Source: an uncultured Candidatus Sumerlaeota bacterium (GTDB lineage Bacteria; CAYMEV01). Taken from it: DNA of 22,644 bases. Under the pieces are notes generated by a model. That model was not told the origin of the DNA and did not search any database. It saw only the letters and a list, made by a program, of their open reading frames with translations. Every line of letters starts with the position of its first letter. Positions within the stretch are counted from its first letter, which is position 1. Below are positions 1-8,393 of the stretch, piece by piece. The position numbers and the translations under genes are program-made. The stretch is from NCBI GenBank assembly GCA_964389675.1, contig CAYMEV010000016.1, forward strand, positions 62,001-84,644, given 5' to 3'.

Positions 1-1371
1 GAGATGCAATCATTTATTATTGATGCTGACAGGGCTTCCATTATCTCCTGTCAGCTTAAAAACTACTATGTCACTACTGATAAATCATCAGAAATAGAGC
101 TTATAAGTGAAGAATCAAATGCTGAGTGGCTCTTCCCCCTTGATATAGTATTTTTTGACCAGAATATGCAAGAAACTTATGAATCAGTGCCATATAGCAT
201 AGTCAGCGGCATAGACAGTGCGGGGATCATAAAGCTTCATTCCCCAAGGGAGATAGTTTTTCAGAAACAGCTTGCAGAATCAAGCATAAAGAAAACGATA
301 AAATTCTACCCTGATAAGTATGGCCTGGATGTTTCTATAGATATTGAAAATTCAGATCAAAACCTGAAATACGCTTTAATCTGCGGGCCAGACCTTATTC
401 TTGACAGGGAGGGCATGCAGGGCAAGGGAAGATATTCTCAGCCGGACAATATCATTTTTAGATTAAATGAAAAAAACAAGGGGATTAAAGCTGAAAAGAT
501 CGAAACAGATTTCAATGTGCTCTCAAAAAATGCTGAGTTTATTGCATTAAATGACCTTTATTTTGTGCAGGTAATGCTTTCAAAAGATATGAATGCAACT
601 CCGTTTTTTACCAGCAATCTGATAATCGGCTATGCTTTCAGCAGTCATCATGCTGATCTTTCCCTATATATGGGTCCAAAGAGTAAAAAACAGCTTAATA
701 ATTTCGATACAGGCCTTGCCAGCCTGGTTGATTTTGGTTTCTTCAGCATAATTGCAAGCCCCCTTCATAAAATAATTGACCTTTTTTACAGTTTTATCGG
801 CAATTACGGCATTGCTATTATACTGCTTACTCTATCAATAAAACTCATATTCTTCCCTATCACATTTAAAAGCTATCTGCAGATGAGAAGAATGAGCAAG
901 TTAGCCCCTCAAATGAAAGAGATCAGGAAAAAATTAAAGGATCAGCCCCAGAAAATGAATCAGGAGATCCAGGCCCTTTACAAGAAACATAATGTAAATC
1001 CGTTCTCCTCATGTTTGCCTATGTTTCTTCAGCTTCCTGTGCTTTTTGCTCTGTATCGAGTACTGAGCATAGCAATAGAACTGAGGCATCAGGGCTTTTT
1101 ATGGATTACTGACCTGGCGGGCCCAGATCCTTATATGATACTGCCTATACTTATGAGTGTAGCAATGTTCTTCCAGCAGAGACTGACTCCTACATCAGCA
1201 GACCCTAAGCAGGCAAAGATGATGTCAATACTGATGCCTGCCATATTCTTTATCATGTTCAGGAACCTGCAGGCAGGCCTTGTTCTTTACTGGTTCACCA
1301 GCAACCTTCTTATTATCCTGGAACAAACCCTGATAAATAAGGCACACTTGAAGGAAGAACAGAAATCATAA
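1..1371 (+). CDS. yidC: Membrane protein insertase YidC (probably 5'-truncated by the window edge)
   Basis: Signature segments are YMGPK, VDFGFFSIIA, GNYGIAIILLT, PQKMNQEIQALYKKHNVNPFSSCLPMFLQLPVLFALY, FLWITDLAGPDPY and AGLVLYW. The long N-terminal periplasmic domain indicates the diderm type. The frame is open at base 1 (GAG precedes ATG 4) and the N-terminal TM anchor is absent, so the true start lies upstream. Confidence 0.97.
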   Translation, partial: EMQSFIIDADRASIISCQLKNYYVTTDKSSEIELISEESNAEWLFPLDIVFFDQNMQETYESVPYSIVSGIDSAGIIKLHSPREIVFQKQLAESSIKKTIKFYPDKYGLDVSIDIENSDQNLKYALICGPDLILDREGMQGKGRYSQPDNIIFRLNEKNKGIKAEKIETDFNVLSKNAEFIALNDLYFVQVMLSKDMNATPFFTSNLIIGYAFSSHHADLSLYMGPKSKKQLNNFDTGLASLVDFGFFSIIASPLHKIIDLFYSFIGNYGIAIILLTLSIKLIFFPITFKSYLQMRRMSKLAPQMKEIRKKLKDQPQKMNQEIQALYKKHNVNPFSSCLPMFLQLPVLFALYRVLSIAIELRHQGFLWITDLAGPDPYMILPILMSVAMFFQQRLTPTSADPKQAKMMSILMPAIFFIMFRNLQAGLVLYWFTSNLLIILEQTLINKAHLKEEQKS

Positions 1372-1407
1372 GGGATATACATCCAAGACAAATTTTGGAG
1401 GATATTT

Positions 1408-2070
1408 ATGAAATTTACTTTTGAAGAATCAGGAAAATCCATTGAGGATGCACTAAGGAAAGTTGAAGAAAAATCCGGCATAAGCCGAGAAAGACTTAGA
1501 TATGAAGTAATAGAGGAAAAAAAGGGGTTTCTTAAATCCCTTTTTGGTTCGAATCATTTTACGGTCAAAGGAGAATATGAAAAATTTGAAGATATTAGGG
1601 AACTTGCTGAAGATGTCCTGAAAAATGTCCTCAAACATATGAAAATGCTTGATTCCTCAACGATCAGACTTAATGAAAGTGAAAAGCATATCACCTTTAA
1701 TATTGAAAGCCCTCATGAAAGGCTTTTAATAGGGAAAGACGGCGCTACCCTTGATGCATTAAGGTATATAGTTAATCATATAACAGCACAGAAAATGGAA
1801 TGCCCGGATAAAAAAAGGATTATAATAGATATAGAAGGGTATAATGAAAAAAGGAATATTTATTTAAGCAAAATGGCCAATAATTTGATAAAAAGGGTAA
1901 AAGCAACGAGAAAACCGCATACCATGAAGCCACTATGCCCGAGAGAACGAAAGCTTGTTTATAAAATTGCTGAAAAAGACAGGGCAATATCTGCAAAATC
2001 CTTTGGCAATGGCTATTATAAGAGGATTAATATCTCTCTGAAGAATGCGAAGAACAGCAAACAAAACTAA
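1408..2070 (+). CDS. jag: RNA-binding protein Jag/EloR/KhpB (Jag_N, KH-II, degenerate R3H)
   Basis: The Jag_N domain is ESGKSIEDAL...EVIEEKKGFL..FG. The KH GxxG loop is LIGKDGATLDAL, followed by IIDIEGY and an R3H-like C-terminus. It sits in the canonical position between yidC and mnmE and has SD GGAGG upstream. Confidence 0.93.
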   Translation: MKFTFEESGKSIEDALRKVEEKSGISRERLRYEVIEEKKGFLKSLFGSNHFTVKGEYEKFEDIRELAEDVLKNVLKHMKMLDSSTIRLNESEKHITFNIESPHERLLIGKDGATLDALRYIVNHITAQKMECPDKKRIIIDIEGYNEKRNIYLSKMANNLIKRVKATRKPHTMKPLCPRERKLVYKIAEKDRAISAKSFGNGYYKRINISLKNAKNSKQN

Positions 2071-3460
2071 TTTATTTATTGATGAACCGATTCTAGCTCT
2101 CACACAGCCACTTAATACAGGCATTCTGAATATAATAAGAATCAGCGGCAGGAACATAATAAAGCTGATACAGCCATTCATTAAGAACAGATACTGGGCA
2201 GAAGGCAGGCTTAAAACCCATCATATATATAATGGATACTTCGTTAATCCCAGAACGGGTGATATTATTGACGAGATCATTGTCCTGACATTTTTTTCTC
2301 CCCGCTCATATACCAGGGAAGATATGCTTGAAATACAGATACACCAGAACAGGTACAGCATAAATTCAATGATCTCCCTTCTGATGGAAAAAGGAATCCG
2401 ATATGCCAGGCCCGGTGAATTTACCAAAAGAGCTCTCGTTAATGGCCGGATAGACCTAATGCAGGCAGAAAGCCTGGATGATTATATTAGCACCAGCAGC
2501 TTTTTTCAGTCCAGGAACAGCCTCAGGATATTAAAGGGTGATTTAGGGAATTTCATAGAAAGCCTGAAGAATATCCTTATCGACTATCTTGCCTTATGTG
2601 AATCTAATATAGATTTCAGCCAGGAGGATATTGAGCTTATAAACTACGATGACATGAAGCACCTGCTGATTGAAAAGGCTCAAAGCATAGGCAGGATAAT
2701 CCAAAAAAGCAGGCAGGTAAACAAGATTGATGAAAATTTGAAAATATCCATAATCGGTAAGACCAATGTAGGGAAATCCAGCCTTTTCAATGCTTTATGC
2801 AACAGGGACAGAGCGATTGTATCTCCATTCCCTGGTACAACGAGGGACTTTATTTCAGAAATTATACTTGTAGATAATTTCACTGTAGAAATAGTCGATA
2901 CCGCAGGAATAAGGAAAAACAGCTCAGCAATTGAAAAAAAGGGGATCAGCCACACATTCAGAAATCTTTATGAATCAAATCTCGTATTTTTGGTAGTTGA
3001 CAGCTCAAAAGAGCTTGAGCTTGCAGACCTGGAAATTTTTAAGGCAATTAAAAATGAGGAATTTAATATAATATTAATAGTAAATAAAACCGATAAAAAG
3101 AAAAAGCTTGACCTTGCAGGCATTGAAAGACATATCCATCCGAAGAATGTATTTTATGTTTCCGCCAAAACAAAGGCAGGTATAGATGATATTCATGTTT
3201 ACCTTAAGAATTATCTTTCTGAACTGATCCCAGATAATGATACAATATTCCTTACAAATACCAGGCAGACAGAGAACCTTGCAGCTATAGGAAATGAACT
3301 TGAGGAGATAATCAAACTGATTTCCTCGGAATGCTATTATGATGAACTGATAGCCTATCACCTTAAAGAATCCCTGAGCAGGATTTACAGTCTTTTTGGG
3401 GACGACCTTGAAAGTGAGGTCCTTGACAGGATATTCAGCCGTTTCTGCATAGGCAAATAA
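2045..3460 (+). CDS. mnmE: tRNA modification GTPase MnmE (TrmE)
   Basis: GTPase motifs are G1 GKTNVGKSS, G2 PGTTRD, G3 DTAGIR, G4 NKTD and SAK. Also present are ARPGEFTKRA..NGRIDL.QAE and the C-terminal FSRFCIGK. It overlaps the end of jag, and the exact start is slightly uncertain. Confidence 0.97.
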   Translation: MRRTANKTNLFIDEPILALTQPLNTGILNIIRISGRNIIKLIQPFIKNRYWAEGRLKTHHIYNGYFVNPRTGDIIDEIIVLTFFSPRSYTREDMLEIQIHQNRYSINSMISLLMEKGIRYARPGEFTKRALVNGRIDLMQAESLDDYISTSSFFQSRNSLRILKGDLGNFIESLKNILIDYLALCESNIDFSQEDIELINYDDMKHLLIEKAQSIGRIIQKSRQVNKIDENLKISIIGKTNVGKSSLFNALCNRDRAIVSPFPGTTRDFISEIILVDNFTVEIVDTAGIRKNSSAIEKKGISHTFRNLYESNLVFLVVDSSKELELADLEIFKAIKNEEFNIILIVNKTDKKKKLDLAGIERHIHPKNVFYVSAKTKAGIDDIHVYLKNYLSELIPDNDTIFLTNTRQTENLAAIGNELEEIIKLISSECYYDELIAYHLKESLSRIYSLFGDDLESEVLDRIFSRFCIGK

Positions 3461-3462
3461 TC

Positions 3463-5280
3463 ATGAAAAAATATAAATATGATATTATTGTTGTAGGGGG
3501 AGGGCATGCAGGAATAGAAGCAGCTTTGTGCTCTGCAAGGAGAGGATTATCCACTCTCTTCCTGACAATGGATACAGAAAAAATCGGGCAGATGAGCTGT
3601 AATCCCGCTATAGGGGGTTTAGGAAAATCTCACCTCGTGAGGGATCTGGATGCTCTCGGGGGAGAGATGGGTAAGGCAATAGATGCTTCAGGCATTCAAT
3701 TCAGAATGCTTAATAAAACTAAAGGCCCTGCAGTCTGGTCGCTTAGAGTACAGGCAGACCCTGCCCTTTACAAAAACTATATGCAGGAAAAGCTTTACAG
3801 TACCGGGAATATCACTGTTAAACAGGCTGAAGCTGAGTGCCTCCTGCATAATAATAATGCTGTTCACGGCATAAAAACAGTATTCGGCGAGGAGATACAG
3901 GCAGGTGCTGTAATATTATGCAATGGTACATTTCTTAATGGAAGGATCTATATAGGTTTTAACAGATACAATGCGGGAAGGGCATGGGAATTTCCTTCAG
4001 ATTCACTTGCAGATAACCTCAGGGACCTTAAAATCACGACAGGAAGGCTAAAAACCGGAACACCGGCGAGATTATGGGGTCGTTCCATGGACTTCTCAAA
4101 ATTTGAGATCCAAAAGGGGGATGAGAAGATAGAATTCTTTTCTTCTGAGACACTGCCGAAAAATATTACCCAGATAGACTGCTATATAGGGTATACAAAC
4201 CCTGAAGTACATGAGATTATTAAAAACAATCTCCATCTTTCACCGATGTACGGCCGGAAAATAATTGAAGGCACCGGGCCAAGATATTGCCCTTCAATTG
4301 AGGACAAGATAATCAGATTCAGTGACAAGCCAAGGCATCAGATCTTTTTTGAACCGGTTACAAGGGATTTTATGGAAGTATACCCAAGTGGCATTTCAAC
4401 AAGCCTTCCGCTGAATGTTCAGATGGAGTTCTACAGGGCAATTGAAGGACTTGAAAAAGTGGAATTCATAAAACCTGCATATGCTATTGAATATGATTTT
4501 GCAAATCCTTTATCACTGGAACCGACACTGCAGAATAGAGAATATAAAAACCTTTATATGGCGGGGCAGATAAACGGGACATCTGGATATGAGGAGGCGG
4601 CGGTGCAAGGCTTCATAGCTGCCTGCAATGCAGCGAACAGCCTCTCCGGTATGGATCCCTTTACGCTTTCAAGGGACGAAAGCTATATAGGGGTCCTGAT
4701 AAGTGACCTTATTACCAAAGGTGTTGATGAACCATACCGCATGTTTACAAGCAGAGCTGAGCACAGGCTCCTTTTAAGGCTTGATAATGCAGAAGACAGG
4801 CTATTGAAATATGGCCATGAGCTTGGATTGATCAGGAAAAAAAGATGGGATAATTTCATGCTTCTCCAGGAAAAGAAGTCAAGACTCATCAACAGCCTAA
4901 AAAATACTGCTTTGAGCAAATATAATGGATTAAGCCTCCATAAGCTTTTAAAAAGGCCTGAAGTCAGCATACAGCAGCTTTCTCAGCATATAGCGGATTT
5001 TGATGCATACCCGGAATCATTGTTAAAAAATGTAGAAACCGGGATTAAATATGAGGGTTATATCTTAAGGGAAAATATCAGAGTTGAAAAGTCAAAGCAG
5101 TTCAGAAATATAAAAATACCTGAAAATTTAGATTATTACAGTATAACAGCACTTACTAAAGAAGCACAGGAAAAATTAAGCCTGATAAAACCGTCAAACC
5201 TGTATGATGCTTCTCTGATACCTGGAATTACACCAGCTAACATAGATACAATTCATATCTTTATAATGAAACAGGGATAA
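3463..5280 (+). CDS. mnmG: tRNA uridine-5-carboxymethylaminomethyl modification enzyme MnmG (GidA)
   Basis: Motifs are the FAD-binding VVGGGHAGIEAA, MSCNPAIGG, RLKTGTPARL, GPRYCPSIEDK, AGQINGTSGYEEAA and EPYRMFTSRAE. Confidence 0.99.
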   Translation: MKKYKYDIIVVGGGHAGIEAALCSARRGLSTLFLTMDTEKIGQMSCNPAIGGLGKSHLVRDLDALGGEMGKAIDASGIQFRMLNKTKGPAVWSLRVQADPALYKNYMQEKLYSTGNITVKQAEAECLLHNNNAVHGIKTVFGEEIQAGAVILCNGTFLNGRIYIGFNRYNAGRAWEFPSDSLADNLRDLKITTGRLKTGTPARLWGRSMDFSKFEIQKGDEKIEFFSSETLPKNITQIDCYIGYTNPEVHEIIKNNLHLSPMYGRKIIEGTGPRYCPSIEDKIIRFSDKPRHQIFFEPVTRDFMEVYPSGISTSLPLNVQMEFYRAIEGLEKVEFIKPAYAIEYDFANPLSLEPTLQNREYKNLYMAGQINGTSGYEEAAVQGFIAACNAANSLSGMDPFTLSRDESYIGVLISDLITKGVDEPYRMFTSRAEHRLLLRLDNAEDRLLKYGHELGLIRKKRWDNFMLLQEKKSRLINSLKNTALSKYNGLSLHKLLKRPEVSIQQLSQHIADFDAYPESLLKNVETGIKYEGYILRENIRVEKSKQFRNIKIPENLDYYSITALTKEAQEKLSLIKPSNLYDASLIPGITPANIDTIHIFIMKQG

Positions 5281-5291
5281 AGGGATTAATC

Positions 5292-6962
5292 ATGAAGCTT
5301 GGGAGAAATGCCTTTAATCTTATACGGGTATTCATAAAAAGCGGGCTAAACAGCATATATTATTCAAGGCCATTGACAAACCTTATCAAAGGCGGGTTAT
5401 TCTCCCTTGGCATTATATTCCTTTATGGGCTGTACCTTTTTTTCCTGCGTGTGTTCAGGCTTGTTTATATACAGGGTGAAATAGGGTTCATACTTCTGGA
5501 TAAGCTGTTTTCCATATTATTTCTCATGATTTTAAGCCTTCTTATTTTCTCTTCCATGCTTTCATCCCTTTCTGTTCTTTTTACATCCAGGGAGCCTGAA
5601 CTGCTTATTTACCTGCCAATAAAATCCTTTGACAGATATCTTTATATGACCTTTAAGAATACAGCGATCTCATCATGGTACATAATATTCCTTGGTTACC
5701 CTATATTTCTTGCATATGGCATTGTATACAGCCAGCCGGCAGCATTTTTCCTGCTTAGTTTCCTGTTAATAGCAGCATTTGCCTTCATTTCTTCAAGCAT
5801 CGGGATCACCATAACCACTCTTATAATTCGGATACTTCCGACTAAAAGGATCAGACAGATATTTTTTCTGATGGGATTATTCTCCGTCTTATATATTGTG
5901 ACCTTTTTCAGGATAAGCAAGCCGGAAAGGCTTTACAGTTCCATAGGCATCTATGAGTTCCTTATGATGCTTAAAAACTCAAAATTACCCCAGAACAAGC
6001 TGTTTCCAAATGATATTGCAAGCGAACTTATCTCAAAATTCGAGTATATGGATATAACGCTTGTTTTGATGAATATAGGAAAGCTCGCCATCTACATTGC
6101 AGCTGTATTCTTATTTGGCCTGCTGATGCACAGGATGTTCTACAAGAAATCATTTACAAAATTCTCAGTTACCAGGACAGCAAAATCCCGATATGTATCA
6201 AAGAAACGCTTCGCAAAACTAAAATCTCCTTACTCAATAATCTATAAGGACACAATTCATTTCTCGAGGGAAGTTGAACAATGGTCCCAGATCTTTATAC
6301 TCCTCTCCCTAATAATAATATATGTAATAAACCTTAAAAACATACCCATTGTGAATCCTGCAATAAAAGATGCAATTGTCTTCCTCAACATCTCATTTAT
6401 CGGGTTTATAATATCTGCTGTAACACTGAGGTTTGGTTTCCCATTATACAGCCTGGAGGGGAAATACAGGTGGGTATTAATTAAATCAGCAGTTTCAAAG
6501 AGGGATATCTTCATCTCCAAGCTCTGTTTTTCGCTTATTCCTTCAATCCTCATGTCCGTGATACTGACGCTGATCTCTAATATTTTTCTTGAAGTAGAGG
6601 CTTCAATAATCATATACATCCTCTTCATAAATCTAATGATATCATTTGTCATATCTTTCATGGGGACATCCCTTGGAATTCTTTTCCCGAAATTTGAAAC
6701 AGATAATCCCATGCAGATAGCAATGAGTATAGGCGGATTTCTGTTCATGCTGTCAAGCCTGGTTTATGTTGTATTCATAAATTACCTTGTGATAAGGCCC
6801 TTTGCAAGATATTACAGAATGATACCAGAGATACAGCTTTTTCTTGCAAATAAAGGATTTTTAAAGGACTATTTCATTTTTACAAATATTCTGATTTTTG
6901 CCATCAGCGCTGGAATCTGTTCTTTCTTCTATTACCAGACAATAAGAAAGCCTTTAGCATGA
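5292..6962 (+). CDS. Putative ABC-2-type exporter permease (about 12-14 TM, duplicated architecture)
   Basis: The protein is highly hydrophobic with two similar halves. LFTSREPELLIYLP, KD...FSRE..QWSQ, RFGFPLYSLEG..W.L and PKFETDNP..IA..IGG resemble the putative ABC permease (ABC_tran_2-like) family as I recall it. There are no Walker motifs. Confidence 0.7.
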   Translation: MKLGRNAFNLIRVFIKSGLNSIYYSRPLTNLIKGGLFSLGIIFLYGLYLFFLRVFRLVYIQGEIGFILLDKLFSILFLMILSLLIFSSMLSSLSVLFTSREPELLIYLPIKSFDRYLYMTFKNTAISSWYIIFLGYPIFLAYGIVYSQPAAFFLLSFLLIAAFAFISSSIGITITTLIIRILPTKRIRQIFFLMGLFSVLYIVTFFRISKPERLYSSIGIYEFLMMLKNSKLPQNKLFPNDIASELISKFEYMDITLVLMNIGKLAIYIAAVFLFGLLMHRMFYKKSFTKFSVTRTAKSRYVSKKRFAKLKSPYSIIYKDTIHFSREVEQWSQIFILLSLIIIYVINLKNIPIVNPAIKDAIVFLNISFIGFIISAVTLRFGFPLYSLEGKYRWVLIKSAVSKRDIFISKLCFSLIPSILMSVILTLISNIFLEVEASIIIYILFINLMISFVISFMGTSLGILFPKFETDNPMQIAMSIGGFLFMLSSLVYVVFINYLVIRPFARYYRMIPEIQLFLANKGFLKDYFIFTNILIFAISAGICSFFYYQTIRKPLA

Positions 6963-7045
6963 ATCAATTCAAGAAATTCTAACAAAATTTCAGCCTTTAT
7001 CGTAAGAATATAAGTAAAAAGTCATATAAAAGAGGATAATATGCA

Positions 7046-8389
7046 ATGAAGATGAAAATATTAATAATAATATTATTTATAATGCTAATTTTTCAAATTC
7101 CTTCACAGTCATCGGAACTGCCCGGAGAAATTGGTCTTAAGGATGCATTAAACCTGGGTTTTAAGAAAAATTTAGACATCAAGATTGCAATTGTCAGAAA
7201 ATATCTGTCTGATGACAGCATAAACCTTTCATACTCAGGGCTGTACCCCAATCTTTCTCTTTCTTCATCATTTACCAGGTCGACTATCAAAAGCTCAGGG
7301 ACTGTAAATATTGAGGGAATTGAATTTGAAGTTTCAGATAAAACCTCATCAAGCAATTATTCCTATGGAATGAACCTTTCACAATGGATATTCCTTCCCC
7401 AGGACTATCTGGACATAAGGAGGATCGCTGACTCAAACAGGAAAATATCAATTTTAGCTCTTCAGGAACAGCTGCAGAACATCTATTTTAACCTAATAAC
7501 CAAATACTTCAATCACCTGAAGCTGATGTCACTATATGAGTTAGCCCTTGAGGACCTGCAGACAAGCAGAGACCATTACAACAAGACATTAAAGATGTTT
7601 GAACTCGGCCTTACGAATAAGCTTTCACTATCAAGTGCTGAACTCACTCTCCAGAATAAAAAGTTTAATCTGATACAGGCTGAGAATGACCTCAATCTTT
7701 CAAAAATAGAGTTCCTGAGCCTGATTGGGATTCCAGTAGATTCAGATATAAAGATAATAGATGATAACCTGAGGTTTGAAGCTGATTCAATTCATACAGA
7801 AGAAAACTATGAATATGCATTAAAGCATAATATATCATTGAATCAGAGAAGGGAACAGCTTAACAGGGCCAGGCATAGCTATAAACAGGCTGTACATGAA
7901 AATCTTCCCACTCTTTACTTTAATTCAGGCTTGAGTTATTCTGATAATGAATTCCCGACCAATGATTACAGGATAACAGGTTCCATAAGCCTGAACTTTA
8001 ATCTTTTCAGAGGTTTTCAGGATAAATACAATATAAGCATGTCAAGGATGGAAAGGACAGAAAATGAACTTGAGCTCGAAAAGCTTGAGCAGGAGATCCT
8101 GCTTGGCATGAAGGAGGCTTTGGCAAATATAAGCGTTACAGAAAGCCTTCTTGACCTTTCCTCCAGCAGGGAGAATATGGCAAAAAAGGACATTGACCTT
8201 GCAGAAGCAAGGTATGCATCCGGGCTTGCAATCTACCTTGAAGTTGAAGATGCCAGAATATCATACATAAGAGCAAAAAGTGACAGAATATCATCATATT
8301 ATGACCATATAATGGCTAATATCTCGCTTTTATTGAGCAGAGGCGATTTTTTAAGCATCATAGAAGAAACCATTCTTAAAGGCAACTGA
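7046..8389 (+). CDS. TolC-family outer membrane efflux protein
   Basis: It has a signal peptide, then LKDALNLGFKKNLDI, two OEP repeats (LYPNLSLS and NLPTLYFNS...SLNFNLFRGF), and helical segments MFELGLTNKLSLSSAE and ARYASGLAIYLEVEDA. SD AGAGGA is at 7031-7036. Confidence 0.9.
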   Translation: MKMKILIIILFIMLIFQIPSQSSELPGEIGLKDALNLGFKKNLDIKIAIVRKYLSDDSINLSYSGLYPNLSLSSSFTRSTIKSSGTVNIEGIEFEVSDKTSSSNYSYGMNLSQWIFLPQDYLDIRRIADSNRKISILALQEQLQNIYFNLITKYFNHLKLMSLYELALEDLQTSRDHYNKTLKMFELGLTNKLSLSSAELTLQNKKFNLIQAENDLNLSKIEFLSLIGIPVDSDIKIIDDNLRFEADSIHTEENYEYALKHNISLNQRREQLNRARHSYKQAVHENLPTLYFNSGLSYSDNEFPTNDYRITGSISLNFNLFRGFQDKYNISMSRMERTENELELEKLEQEILLGMKEALANISVTESLLDLSSSRENMAKKDIDLAEARYASGLAIYLEVEDARISYIRAKSDRISSYYDHIMANISLLLSRGDFLSIIEETILKGN

Positions 8390-8393
8390 TATA

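Noticed and set aside
1..8389. Replication origin or DnaA boxes, expected near yidC-mnmE-mnmG
   Set aside because: I saw no TTATCCACA-type clusters in the intergenic regions. If oriC is nearby it lies outside the window.
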